IMG/VR virus record: IMGVR_UViG_3300032007_000014
Strand: one strand, 5' to 3'
Length of the DNA: 64,000 bases
From: a virus
Lineage: Duplodnaviria; Caudoviricetes
In this document: positions 40,107 to 50,873 of the stretch, in pieces
Layout of the letters: each line of letters starts with the position of its first letter
How positions within the stretch are numbered: the first letter of the stretch is position 1
Notes under the pieces: generated by a model
Database searches by the model: none
The model's input: only the letters and a program-made list of their open reading frames with translations
What the model was told of the DNA's origin: nothing
Translations under genes and position numbers: made by a program

Positions 40107-40379
40107 TTATTCACCGATGTTCGCGAATCTTTCGTTGATTTCTCGCGCCCATTCACGAGCGGCTCTGTATTTGCGCACAATGCTGATACCACCGGTGATG
40201 GTGGTGAAAGCATAGAACGCGTAGACGAGCATGACGCCAACGAACGCGATCCATCCGCAGTTCAGTGTGCTCAATCCGTAATGGTAGTCCACGATGGCGA
40301 TGATTGCCGGCGGCATGTACCAGACGATGCAAGCGATGAGAACTTTGACGATGGTGAGACGGACGACTTGGTTTTCCAT
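40107..40379 (-). CDS. small early membrane protein (2 TM)
   Basis: AAGGAGGT RBS, promoter 40427-40434. Confidence 0.7.
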   Translation of the reverse strand: MENQVVRLTIVKVLIACIVWYMPPAIIAIVDYHYGLSTLNCGWIAFVGVMLVYAFYAFTTITGGISIVRKYRAAREWAREINERFANIGE

Positions 40380-40535
40380 TTTGTACCTCCTTGTTTGGTT
40401 AATGGATTTGTTGTTCGTTCATGCGGGTAATATATGTCCATTCATCATTGAAGTACATGAATGTATTCGAAACATTTTCACATCTAAATCATTTGCGTGC
40501 TTTTACAACCATTTTAAAACTTTAGGAGGTACAAC

Positions 40536-41102
40536 ATGGTTAAGCATCTTAAATGGATGTGTAGAGATCTGATGATTCAGGCTACATTCTGGTCAACTCT
40601 ACTTTTCTCAATATCACATCCACACACCCACAAGTATCTTGTTAGCAATATCAATGCTAACATGATGGCAATCCAAGGTGTCATGACTTCAGTCATGATT
40701 ATCATCAGCAACTCATCATTCAACAAATGGGGTGACAAAATCTTCAAGTATTTTCCACACATGTGCATAGCTGAGATCATTGCATACGGGTTCGCACTGA
40801 CTGCTGTTGGATTTGGATATATTTCACCAACACTCTACATTCTCATTGATATTTTTGCATACGGATGCATCACACGCAACATGATCTGTTCTGGTAACAG
40901 ATTGCGTAGAATCATCTACAAAAATGAGATTAGAGAACGGTATGACAACAGCGCTCCGATCGCGAACTCTGCCGCGTGTATTATTGGTGGGCTTCTTGCA
41001 CTTATCCCATTCCCAGATTGGTTGCCATGGATTGTTATGATCTGCGGTATTTCAGTGGACAATGTATTCTACCTGATAATATACAAAAGAGCAGTGAAAT
41101 AA
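40536..41102 (+). CDS. multi-pass membrane protein
   Basis: AGGAGGT RBS; ~5-6 hydrophobic segments. Confidence 0.65.
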   Translation: MVKHLKWMCRDLMIQATFWSTLLFSISHPHTHKYLVSNINANMMAIQGVMTSVMIIISNSSFNKWGDKIFKYFPHMCIAEIIAYGFALTAVGFGYISPTLYILIDIFAYGCITRNMICSGNRLRRIIYKNEIRERYDNSAPIANSAACIIGGLLALIPFPDWLPWIVMICGISVDNVFYLIIYKRAVK

Positions 41103-41229
41103 ACTGCAGAGAGGCACCCATGTGGGTGCCTCTCTTTTTTGTTTATCTTGACCTAATCTGCCATCTTATAGGCTCTTCGAGGTCATTAACCACTTGAGCT
41201 GAACCCTATAACAACTATGGATTAAATAC

Positions 41230-42012
41230 ATGGAAACCAAGAAAGAACAACGTGACTTAAAGTCCCTCATGGACGATGTCTGCAAGGATCTTGTCTCACC
41301 TTACGTGCGACAAAAAGAACGTATCTTTGTTGACATAGAGGCACTTTATGATTTCAAGTTAGGAGCACTTCTTGCTCTAACATCAGAGAAGGAGTATCCT
41401 TATATTCTTGAACACTTGCCAGAGTATACAAGTGCAAGAGATCTTGAGATCATGAAGTACTTTCCTGACCTTGATTTCACAGAGGAAACGATAGTGAAAT
41501 TCATGCAAGATGAGAAACACAGGACAATGCTTTCATTGCTTGCACCTCCTCTATCTTTGTTGGAAGATTTCAGAGATATGATTGCAGGAATCAACACCTA
41601 CAATACATCAAAGGAATCTCACGAACCTCTCAAGATAACCATCAATCAATCCACATTCCAAATCGATGACATTGCTAAAGCAAGACTCATCGAGTATATC
41701 ACCTCCATAGATCCTCACATTACAGTTGATTTTGTGAGCTATCAATGGAGTGAAATACCAAAGGAAATCCTTGCTAAACAAGACATTCTGATCATCTATG
41801 ACATCGTGTCTTTTGTTGCAGCAGATTCCAAGTTTGTGGATTGTTGTAGAGAAGGATTGCTTGGTAAAACAACCATAGCAACCTTCATACAAGTGACAAA
41901 CCATAATTGCGATGAAGGTGAAGCGATTGCCAATTTCTCGGCAACGATGAACATCTTCTGCAATAACTTCCTAGTCTTAGAAAAGGAACTTCTTATTGGG
42001 AACCCTGAATAA
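41230..42012 (+). CDS. hypothetical protein (260 aa)
   Basis: Late motif 41160-41170; TAATG-coupled to next gene. Confidence 0.7.
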   Translation: METKKEQRDLKSLMDDVCKDLVSPYVRQKERIFVDIEALYDFKLGALLALTSEKEYPYILEHLPEYTSARDLEIMKYFPDLDFTEETIVKFMQDEKHRTMLSLLAPPLSLLEDFRDMIAGINTYNTSKESHEPLKITINQSTFQIDDIAKARLIEYITSIDPHITVDFVSYQWSEIPKEILAKQDILIIYDIVSFVAADSKFVDCCREGLLGKTTIATFIQVTNHNCDEGEAIANFSATMNIFCNNFLVLEKELLIGNPE

Positions 42013-45000
42013 TGGCCGATGACAAAGACGATTTCTCGACCGAGTATGATGATCTCGATCTAGATCTGGATATCATGGGTGACGAGGGTGACTTGATGGA
42101 TGACAATGGTTCACGCCGTCCATCAGCAGTAACCAAAGAGTTCTTCTCAGGTGCTTTGAGTGGCCTTGGCCAAGGAATGAAGAAAGTTGCTGCAGATGAA
42201 TTTGCACGCAAGTTTCCTGTCGCATCTCAGGTAAAATCTGAGGTAGATCAGACTTATCAAGAGTTCCAGCAACTCAAGAGTGATCTTGCACAGCAACTCC
42301 AGCCAATGCTGACATCTCTGGAAGATAGTGCTACAAAACTTCTTCCAAAAGCTAAGAAGCTGATACCTTCTCGACTGTATGACAAGATATCCAAGAAGTT
42401 GGATGCGCGTGCCAAAGCAAGACGAGAAGAAGCTGCAGCTTCTAGACAACCTTCCAAAGAAGAGTACGAAGCTGAGATGATTGCTGGTGAACTTAGTGCT
42501 CTCTTTGGAGAGCAGACTGAGTACCAGCAAGCGCAAGCCGCTGAGCAGAGACAAGCCAATGTTCTGAATCAAGCTCTGGAAGCAACCAGAGCTCACAAGT
42601 TGAACATTGGTCTTGGTCACATCTATGAATCCGTCAGGTGGACGGAACAGTTCCACCGCACTACGCATACTGCGTATATGAAGAAGAGTCTCGAGTTAAA
42701 ATACAAACATTTGTTTGCAACTCGTGATATCTTCAACTTGATAAAACAGCAGACTTATATGCAGAACGAGTACCTGAAAGGTATCGCGAAGAATACAAGT
42801 CTTCCTGAAATTGTCAAGGAAAAACCTCTCGACTACGTGTACCACGAGAAGACCAAGTCTTATGGTACAAAGATGGCTGAATTCACTGGTAACTTCAGAA
42901 GGAAACTCTTCCAAACTGTAAAGCAACGTGGAGTGGAATTCATTCAGAATGGTATCGGTGGATTGGTATCCAACCTCCAGCAAGCTGCTGATGCTGCAGA
43001 TATGGCAGCAGGTATTCCTGGTGGTGACAGCATGGTGAAAGGAATGGCTGCAAATACAGCTGGCTCCCAGATCATGTCTGCTATCATTAACAATACCATC
43101 GGTGGTGCTGGTGTTCGCGCCATCACAGATAAACTGACTCCTTACACCCAAGATCTTGATAAAACTCTTGCGAATGTGAAGACAGATTTTCTGTTGAAGC
43201 TGAACAAGAAACGTCAAGAATGGATGGCTGGTGGAGGTGGAATCTTTGGTAACCTGATGGCTACTGTAGCAGGTGCATTGCCTGGTATGGAAGCACTCAA
43301 CTATGGTACCAACGACCTCCTTACCAAAGGAAATGAACCAACTGCATTCGACAAGCTGACACGTCAATCCATTGTCGAGATCATCCCTGGATTCCTGGGT
43401 AAGATCTTACAGTCTATTGATGCGGTCAGAACTGGAGAGATGCAGGAGGAAACTGTTTACGATATCAGATCTCGTGCGTTCACTTCGGTTTCGAAGATGA
43501 AAGAGACTGCTATCGAAGCCATGTTTGGTGAAGAGTCGGTTCGTCAAGATATGCTTGGTCGTGCACTCGGTACTCTGAAAGCAGGATATGCTACAGAGCA
43601 TACAAAAGAACAAACAGATCAAGCATTTAAGAATCTCGATAAAGATATCTATCGAGTCCTCTTGAACCACGCCATACACAATCTTCCTATTGATCCTCTG
43701 AAAATGAGGAAGTTCGCTACAGCGGGAGGAGTCCCCTATAACGAACTTGATGTTTACACAAGGAACATCATCAACAAGGTTGAACATCCAGTTGAAGCAC
43801 TTAGGGTGATTGCAGATGCTGTGATTAACCAAGATGGTGCTATCGACTCTGGTGTGATGACAGAACTGAAGACTGCGATCTTCCGTATATTCGATTCGGA
43901 TGCTTACAAAGAAGAGCTTCCGAAGATGTTCGAAGATTGGGGTCAGAGAAGGTTCTTCCAAGATCAGTTCACGAAAGTGGATCGTGATCGTTTGCAACGT
44001 GCTGCGGATGCTGGAGATCAGAATGCATTGAAACTTCTCCGTGAAGGAGAAGGATTGATTCAAGCTGGAACCAACAAGTTCAATCTCGGTAAACTTACTG
44101 AGATGGGATCTGATATGGATTACAGTGGTGTCTCTAGAATCTCCAGAGAAACCATGACTGATGTTGGTGAACGTCTGAAGAATTCATCAGAACTTCGTAA
44201 GACAATGACTGCTAACATTGGATCAGCTGGTGCTGCAGCAAGTCGTGGAATTGGTAAAGTACTTGGTAAAATCGGTGATCTCGGTGCACGAATTGGTTTA
44301 TCACCAATATGGCTGGATGAACTCACTGATAAGTTATCAGGTGCTACTAACGAAGAGACAGTTGCAAAACTGAGAGACTTTGCTAGCAAGCATGGATTCT
44401 CGGTTGATCGATTCACCAATTGGACATTGAGTGAAGAAGACAAAGATGCCGCAAGAGCAGAAGAAGACAAGTCCGTCATCGAAAGTGCAAAGAGTGTCAT
44501 TGGAAGATATGCAAGTAAGCTTCCAGCTGACTCTAGAAAATTCTTTGAAGAGATGTATGATCAGCTCCCTGGAGCAGCACAAGGTGTGCGTTCAAAGATG
44601 CAATCAGCTGGTGCTGATCTCGGACAAGCTGTTCAGAATGCAGCGTCTTCTGTCAGATTCAATGACACTTCTATCGTTGAAGCTCTGACCAATATCAACA
44701 GAGATATGGGCGACGGTTTCGCAAGCATAGCTTCATTGCTGGTTGGCGAAATGGTCAAACCTAAATCTGGTGATCAAGCTTTGTACGATAGACTTCGTGA
44801 TATCGTCGCGAACAAATCTACAGCTCCTGCAGGTGCAACAAATATGCAGGAAAGATTCCAGAATGTTGACGTTACTGAAACTGATACATCAGAAGAGTCT
44901 ATTCCTGGTTCCAACCCAATGCTTGATGAATTCAGGAATTGGCGTGAAGAATACACTTCTGTCACAGGTACTCTGTTCGATGCTATCATGCACGTGGCAG

Positions 45001-48000
45001 AGAAAGTGGAAGCTAGTGGATCTGTTGTCCCAGGCGAAGGTGGAGAAGCAGGTGCTCCGAAAACTAAGAAACCGAGTTTCATGAGTAAACTTGGTAAAGG
45101 TGTTGTTGGAGCAACCAAGTTCGTCGCGAACAAATACGCACAGCTCTATGGAGGAATCCTGAAAGCTGGTGCAAGTGCGGCCAGTTATGTTGGTAAAGGA
45201 CTGATGAATGCGTTCGGTGCATCACCTTATCTCGACATCTATGTCAAAGGTGAGATTGGTCCAAAACCTCTCGTAACTTGGAAGCAACAAGCATACGACC
45301 CTGGTATTGTATTTGCTGACACAGGCAAACGTGTTGGTTCATCTAAAGAGATCGATCGTCCTTGTATTGATCCAAGAACTGGCAATATTGTCATCAGTGA
45401 AGAAGATATCAAAAAGGGTCTTGTCACTATATCCAACAATCCAATTGGATCAGCCATGAAAATGGCAGGTCTTGCTATTGGCGGAGCGGCCAAAGTTATT
45501 GGTAAAGGTTATTTTCAGGTTTATGCAGCAGCACTGAAAGGACTTGGAAAGATCGGTTCTGCTATTGCAGGCGGATTGTTTGGAAGCAAGGAAGAACAGT
45601 TCTTTGATGTCTATCTGAAAGATCGCATTGAACCAGGGAAACCACTTCTTTCTGTCAGACGACAAGAAGAAGGTGTGTTCTTTGAGAACAATGAGCGTGT
45701 AATCAGAACCAAAGACATCAACAAACCTGTGTTTATTCCTGACAAAGAGAGACCCAAGTGCATCATCGGTGATGAGGAACTTAAGATTGGTTTGGTTGAT
45801 ATCAACAATAAGCCAATCAGTAAAGGACACTCAGCATCTGAAGGATTGCTTGGAAAACTTGGTTCTGGATTAAAGGCACTTGGCATTGGTATTGGGAAAA
45901 CACTTCCCAGTATTGGTGGACTTTATGCTGACATCTACAAAGGTCTCTTTGACCTCGGTAAGAAGGGAATCAGTGGAATCTTTGGAAAGTTGTTCGGTGC
46001 TGGCAAAGGTAGTGGACAGATCGGTGAAGAAGGTCTGAAGACTATCACTACTCGCATGGACAAGATGATCGATCTTCTTGGTAAGGTTGTCGAAAACACG
46101 AACAAGAAGAAGAAAGATGCTGGAGACAAGGACGGTGACGGAATTGTTGATGGATCTTATGCCGATCAAATGAAGAACAAGAAAGAAGGTGGCGGACGAG
46201 AGAAAGCCGATCTTGATGCTCTTCACAAAGATGTCGACCATGCATTCCCTGAGGAAGGAGCTGCTGCTGCAGGTGGTGAAGCAGGTTCACAAGCTGGTGG
46301 TGGATCCAAGAATCAAGCTTTGGATTATCTCAAGAAAACCAAGTTCGGTCGTAACATGAAAGCCAGACTCCTGAAAGGTAAGAGAAGTGCTCTTCGTATG
46401 GGCAAGAACTTACTGACGAAAGGAAAAGGCTTGGGAAAGACACTCCTGTCGAAAGGAGGGTCTCTGATGAAGACTGGACTTGGAAAAGTCGGTACTTTTG
46501 CAAAACCATTGCTCGGTAAAGCTGGCGCGCTCGTCGGTAAACTTGGTGGTGGTACGCTTATGAAAGGTGCCGGCATGCTCGCAGGAAAACTTGGTCTCGG
46601 TACCCTTCTTGGAGGTGCTGGTACAGCTGCTGCTGGAGGAACAGCGGCCGCCGCAGGAACTGCAGCAGCGGGAGCTGGTGCAGCGGCAGCAGGTGGCGCT
46701 GGTCTTGCAGGACTTGCTGGTGCTGCGTTACCAGCGGCTGCAGTAGCCGCCGCACTGTACGGTGGTTACCGTATGGCTAAAGGTTTCACTGCAAAAGAAA
46801 CAATGGACAATCTTGGTATCGAAGATGAACGTGATGTTCTTCTTGAAGACAGACTCGCATCTGCGCTTGGATTCAACACGAAGATAGGTGCAAAGGCAAT
46901 GCGTGGTCTTCAGAAGATCAATCCTATCATCGGACTTATCAAAGGTATCCGTGGAAACGACAATCCGATGACTCCTGAAGAAGTTGAACAAGGTCGTGCC
47001 AAACTCCAACGTAAGGCTGAAAAAGGTCTTCCTGGATATGACAAGATCTTGGATGCTTACGAGAAGGCATTGGAAGATCATAACTGGTCACGTGCTAGAC
47101 AACTCTGTGGTAAGGAAGCTGATGGTGTTATCGCATCGATGTGGAAACATTCGATCACTGGTAAGACTGTTACATTCCTTGGTAACCTGATCTTCGGTGA
47201 CAAAGATAAGCCGATGGAAGAGGGTGAGATCGAGAAAGTACGTGCGAAGTTCAACAGCATGATCGAGAAGGGTAACAAGAAGGCTGAAAAGCTTCTTGAC
47301 AAATTCGAAGATTATGTTGCAGAAGGGAACTGGAAGAAAGCTCGTGAATTGGCTGGCATGGAAAAGCGTGGTCTGTTCGGAGCATTGTTCCAGGATTCTC
47401 AAGGAAATGTACAATGGGGTAAAGTAGCAGGTGCTGCTGTCGGCGGAGTTGTTGGATATGGGTTGGGTTGGCTCTTCTCAAAGAAGGATCCAAATGAACC
47501 TATGTCTGATAAGGAAGTCGAAGAGTCTAGAGCGTATCTCCAGAAACTCATTGATGGTGGAAATAAGAAAGCCGAGGTCATTCTCGAACAATTCGATGAA
47601 GCCGTCACTGAGATGAGATGGAAGAAGGCTCGTGCACTTGTTGGCAAAGACGTGAAGTCCAATCTCGAGAAAACTGGAAGAGCATTGAAGACTGTGAATA
47701 AGTGGTCTAGAGCAATCGGAACACTTGGTTTGTCTTTGCTGTTCGACAGCGATCAAGAGACTCCCATGGATGAAAATCAGATCAAGAAGTTCACTGACAA
47801 GATGAACTTCATGATTGAGAAAGGCGATAAGCGTGCACAGAAGAAGCTCGATGCTTTCCAAGACGCTGTCGCCAAACAAGACTGGGAGAAAGCACGTCGT
47901 ATTGCGAACATGCCTCATGAATCACTTGCAACAAGAGGTTTTAAAGCTAACCTTGCTTTCTGGTGGGGAAATGACGACAAGGAAATGACCCCAGAGGAAA

Positions 48001-49901
48001 TTGAGAAAGCCAGAGCCAGTATGCAACGCAAGATCGACATGGGTCAGAATGGTATCAAGAAGAAACTTGACGCCTTCGAAGATGCTGTCGGAAGACAGAA
48101 TTGGAGAAAAGCGAGAGCTATCGCTGACATGCCTGACGATGGAGTGATGCAGAAGACCGGTAAACTCATTGCGAATCAATGGAGATTCTGGTTTGGTGGT
48201 GATGGCAAACCTATGGATGAAGGTGAGATAGAGAAAGCTCGAAAACGTTTCGAAGACAAAATCTCTGATGGTGATAAAACTGCTCAGAAGAGACTGGATG
48301 CGTTTAACGATGCAGTCGCTGATGAGAAATGGGAACGTGCTCGCCAGATTGCAGATATGCCTTACGAAAACATTGTCAAGAGAGCTTGGAAATCCACCAT
48401 GTCCTGGTTAACTGGTGACAATGACAATCCGATGGATCCGAAAGAAATCGAGAGATTCCAAGGTCAATGCGAACAACGTATTGCGGATGGAGACAAGACA
48501 GCTGAAAAGGTCTTGGAGAAATTCAATGAATATGTTGAAGGCGAACGTTGGAATAAAGCAAGAGAACTTTCCGGATTCAACGATTGGGGTGTTGCTGGAT
48601 CCATAGCCAAAGCTGGTAAGAGTATTTGGAACTTCTTCACTGGTGGTAAAGAAGCAGAAGATTGCGACAAACTGCGTGAAGAAATCGAGCAGAAAGCTCA
48701 GGATGATGAATCCGGTATGATCAATAGAGGTCTGGATGAATTCGAAACCCTGTACCGTAGACAGAAGTACAAAGAAGCTTATGAACTTGGTCAGGATCTC
48801 ATGAAGTTAAGTCCCAAAGAACTGAAAGAGAAACACGGATTCAGTACTGACGAATATGAAGCACTCTCTGGTGAAGCGAATAAGTTGGTTGAAAAGATCA
48901 ACAAGAAGCAAAGAGAGAATAATGGTTGGTTGCATCCTATCACAGAGATGAAACTGGCTATGCTTCGTAGACGTATCACAGGTAACCCAGATCAGTGGTC
49001 AACTGATTTCTTGGACAAAGCAAGAAGTGATCTGTCTGCTATAACAGGCGAAGATGAGTTCGCTGAGGATTATGAAGAAGGTGGAGATGACACTGCTGAG
49101 AAAGCAAGATTGTTGATTGAGGATTCTGAGAAAGCGCTGGACAACTGCAGTGCTTGGAAACACCCGATTGACAAGGCACAACTCGCGGGTTGGAACCTTC
49201 TGAATAAAGCTCAAGCACCGAACATGTCGGATGAAGAACTCGAAGCTCGTTACAAGAAGATGGAAACAGACTTCGGTGATTATTTCAAACGTTCAACTCC
49301 TGCAGAGAAGGAGAAAACTGAAGAAGAACCGGAGGCTGAAGAACCAGAAGAACCCGAAGAGGATACTTCAACTCTGGATGGTGAAGGTGAAGAGGAAGAA
49401 ACAACGGAAACGTTTGACGCTCCTCCTCCGCCTGAAGAGGAAAGCCTGCAAGATATCGTGAGGAACTTCAAAGGAGATCGCACGACCTCCATTGCTGCAC
49501 GAGATCTGAGAGGTGTTGGTGCTTTGCCTGAAACCAAGGCAGAGACACCTGAAGAAGCTGCTGCTATGGCACCGCCGCCTCCTGTGTCATCCACTGACAT
49601 GTCGATCGCAGCATCACGTGCAAATGCACAGCAATCTTCGAGTTCGACCTCATCCATATTCCAGAAATGGTTTGGTGGTGGTCAGAAGACAGCTACGAGT
49701 AACGAATCCGCAATGCAGATGTTGGTTAAACAGAATCAACAATTGCTTGCATTGCTTGGTGCAGTCATGTCGGCGAATGGTGTCAAGGTTGAAGGTATGG
49801 AAGCACTTGCTGCTGGATTGGCACAAGGACCTTCTGTTGTCAACAATGTATCCAATGCATCGACCAATGACGTTAACGGACTCGACTTCCGTAAAGCATA
49901 A
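42012..49901 (+). CDS. giant tail-associated protein (phiKZ gp181-like / tape-measure-like)
   Basis: KKSLELKYKH, SIVEIIPGFL, two DxYxK..GLV repeats, DGDGIVDGS, Gly/Ala hydrophobic tract, C-terminal helical repeats. Confidence 0.65.
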   Translation: MADDKDDFSTEYDDLDLDLDIMGDEGDLMDDNGSRRPSAVTKEFFSGALSGLGQGMKKVAADEFARKFPVASQVKSEVDQTYQEFQQLKSDLAQQLQPMLTSLEDSATKLLPKAKKLIPSRLYDKISKKLDARAKARREEAAASRQPSKEEYEAEMIAGELSALFGEQTEYQQAQAAEQRQANVLNQALEATRAHKLNIGLGHIYESVRWTEQFHRTTHTAYMKKSLELKYKHLFATRDIFNLIKQQTYMQNEYLKGIAKNTSLPEIVKEKPLDYVYHEKTKSYGTKMAEFTGNFRRKLFQTVKQRGVEFIQNGIGGLVSNLQQAADAADMAAGIPGGDSMVKGMAANTAGSQIMSAIINNTIGGAGVRAITDKLTPYTQDLDKTLANVKTDFLLKLNKKRQEWMAGGGGIFGNLMATVAGALPGMEALNYGTNDLLTKGNEPTAFDKLTRQSIVEIIPGFLGKILQSIDAVRTGEMQEETVYDIRSRAFTSVSKMKETAIEAMFGEESVRQDMLGRALGTLKAGYATEHTKEQTDQAFKNLDKDIYRVLLNHAIHNLPIDPLKMRKFATAGGVPYNELDVYTRNIINKVEHPVEALRVIADAVINQDGAIDSGVMTELKTAIFRIFDSDAYKEELPKMFEDWGQRRFFQDQFTKVDRDRLQRAADAGDQNALKLLREGEGLIQAGTNKFNLGKLTEMGSDMDYSGVSRISRETMTDVGERLKNSSELRKTMTANIGSAGAAASRGIGKVLGKIGDLGARIGLSPIWLDELTDKLSGATNEETVAKLRDFASKHGFSVDRFTNWTLSEEDKDAARAEEDKSVIESAKSVIGRYASKLPADSRKFFEEMYDQLPGAAQGVRSKMQSAGADLGQAVQNAASSVRFNDTSIVEALTNINRDMGDGFASIASLLVGEMVKPKSGDQALYDRLRDIVANKSTAPAGATNMQERFQNVDVTETDTSEESIPGSNPMLDEFRNWREEYTSVTGTLFDAIMHVAEKVEASGSVVPGEGGEAGAPKTKKPSFMSKLGKGVVGATKFVANKYAQLYGGILKAGASAASYVGKGLMNAFGASPYLDIYVKGEIGPKPLVTWKQQAYDPGIVFADTGKRVGSSKEIDRPCIDPRTGNIVISEEDIKKGLVTISNNPIGSAMKMAGLAIGGAAKVIGKGYFQVYAAALKGLGKIGSAIAGGLFGSKEEQFFDVYLKDRIEPGKPLLSVRRQEEGVFFENNERVIRTKDINKPVFIPDKERPKCIIGDEELKIGLVDINNKPISKGHSASEGLLGKLGSGLKALGIGIGKTLPSIGGLYADIYKGLFDLGKKGISGIFGKLFGAGKGSGQIGEEGLKTITTRMDKMIDLLGKVVENTNKKKKDAGDKDGDGIVDGSYADQMKNKKEGGGREKADLDALHKDVDHAFPEEGAAAAGGEAGSQAGGGSKNQALDYLKKTKFGRNMKARLLKGKRSALRMGKNLLTKGKGLGKTLLSKGGSLMKTGLGKVGTFAKPLLGKAGALVGKLGGGTLMKGAGMLAGKLGLGTLLGGAGTAAAGGTAAAAGTAAAGAGAAAAGGAGLAGLAGAALPAAAVAAALYGGYRMAKGFTAKETMDNLGIEDERDVLLEDRLASALGFNTKIGAKAMRGLQKINPIIGLIKGIRGNDNPMTPEEVEQGRAKLQRKAEKGLPGYDKILDAYEKALEDHNWSRARQLCGKEADGVIASMWKHSITGKTVTFLGNLIFGDKDKPMEEGEIEKVRAKFNSMIEKGNKKAEKLLDKFEDYVAEGNWKKARELAGMEKRGLFGALFQDSQGNVQWGKVAGAAVGGVVGYGLGWLFSKKDPNEPMSDKEVEESRAYLQKLIDGGNKKAEVILEQFDEAVTEMRWKKARALVGKDVKSNLEKTGRALKTVNKWSRAIGTLGLSLLFDSDQETPMDENQIKKFTDKMNFMIEKGDKRAQKKLDAFQDAVAKQDWEKARRIANMPHESLATRGFKANLAFWWGNDDKEMTPEEIEKARASMQRKIDMGQNGIKKKLDAFEDAVGRQNWRKARAIADMPDDGVMQKTGKLIANQWRFWFGGDGKPMDEGEIEKARKRFEDKISDGDKTAQKRLDAFNDAVADEKWERARQIADMPYENIVKRAWKSTMSWLTGDNDNPMDPKEIERFQGQCEQRIADGDKTAEKVLEKFNEYVEGERWNKARELSGFNDWGVAGSIAKAGKSIWNFFTGGKEAEDCDKLREEIEQKAQDDESGMINRGLDEFETLYRRQKYKEAYELGQDLMKLSPKELKEKHGFSTDEYEALSGEANKLVEKINKKQRENNGWLHPITEMKLAMLRRRITGNPDQWSTDFLDKARSDLSAITGEDEFAEDYEEGGDDTAEKARLLIEDSEKALDNCSAWKHPIDKAQLAGWNLLNKAQAPNMSDEELEARYKKMETDFGDYFKRSTPAEKEKTEEEPEAEEPEEPEEDTSTLDGEGEEEETTETFDAPPPPEEESLQDIVRNFKGDRTTSIAARDLRGVGALPETKAETPEEAAAMAPPPPVSSTDMSIAASRANAQQSSSSTSSIFQKWFGGGQKTATSNESAMQMLVKQNQQLLALLGAVMSANGVKVEGMEALAAGLAQGPSVVNNVSNASTNDVNGLDFRKA

Positions 49902-49948
49902 ACATCAAGGAACAGAGGTGGAGTGATCCACCTCTGTTCCTTATTTTT

Positions 49949-50722
49949 TCATGATTTTGCGATCTTGAGATTTCTGAACAAACCAGATATTGTCATCAAC
50001 ACCGTATCCCATATGAAAGAATCATAAGACATTGTGTATGGAGTGTTATCACTCTTCAATACCTGTGTCAATGAAGATGCACTGTTTCCTTGGAATGGAA
50101 CAAACCAAACTGTATTCATAGATGTTTGTGCTCCTGCAAGCCTCATAGTTCTTCCATGTGTATCACCAGATCGGATTACCATGAGATATGTTCCATCTGT
50201 TACAGGAATCATAAGTGTACCAAACCCATGATCATCCTCAGCTGTCCACGACGTAGTAGAATGCATGATAACTGGTAACCATGAAGCAACTTGTCTCCAG
50301 TAATTTGTTTCAGTACCAGGTAATTTAGTTGCATTTGTGAACTGTTTGATACACTGATAATACTTTCCATCATACTTGACAAGAGCGCCTACAGAATATC
50401 CATTATAATCAGTTCCATTGAATTGATATTCATATATTCTGCTGTCAAACTCACTGATCCGATTGGTCAGCAATGTACAAGATTGTCCTGTAGTTGCTGC
50501 AAATCTCACATATCCATCAGCGTTTGCTTTGTACAAAGTATACTGATTATCTGTGAAGATACGTGCGTTCTTATAATCAGGATACTTGAATCCAACATCT
50601 GTGTGAGTGTGTCCAAGTTTGCTATAAACAGTATCATGATTGTGATTCTTTGCAGCATATGTCTGGTTTAACCAAGATTTACATGCTTCAGAGAACGGGA
50701 TGACTTTGGTTGGAAATGCCAT
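49949..50722 (-). CDS. small tail-fibre-like protein with CBM5/12-like segment
   Basis: HNHD/HTHT motifs; YSVGALVKYDGKYYQC...P....YW. Confidence 0.55.
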   Translation of the reverse strand: MAFPTKVIPFSEACKSWLNQTYAAKNHNHDTVYSKLGHTHTDVGFKYPDYKNARIFTDNQYTLYKANADGYVRFAATTGQSCTLLTNRISEFDSRIYEYQFNGTDYNGYSVGALVKYDGKYYQCIKQFTNATKLPGTETNYWRQVASWLPVIMHSTTSWTAEDDHGFGTLMIPVTDGTYLMVIRSGDTHGRTMRLAGAQTSMNTVWFVPFQGNSASSLTQVLKSDNTPYTMSYDSFIWDTVLMTISGLFRNLKIAKS

Positions 50723-50873
50723 GATTCATAGTCCTTATGTTGGGTTGTTAAAATTCAACATTACTATTCATAGTAATGTTGAAACATTTTCAATTGGCAT
50801 TCCAAAAAAATAAATTCTTAGGATCAGGGATGGATTGCTCCATCCCTGACCCCTATAATGTCAAGAGATAAAA

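Noticed and set aside
46560-46760. Low-complexity GCN/GGN tract
   Set aside because: Encodes the Gly/Ala-rich segment of the giant tail protein, not an independent DNA repeat
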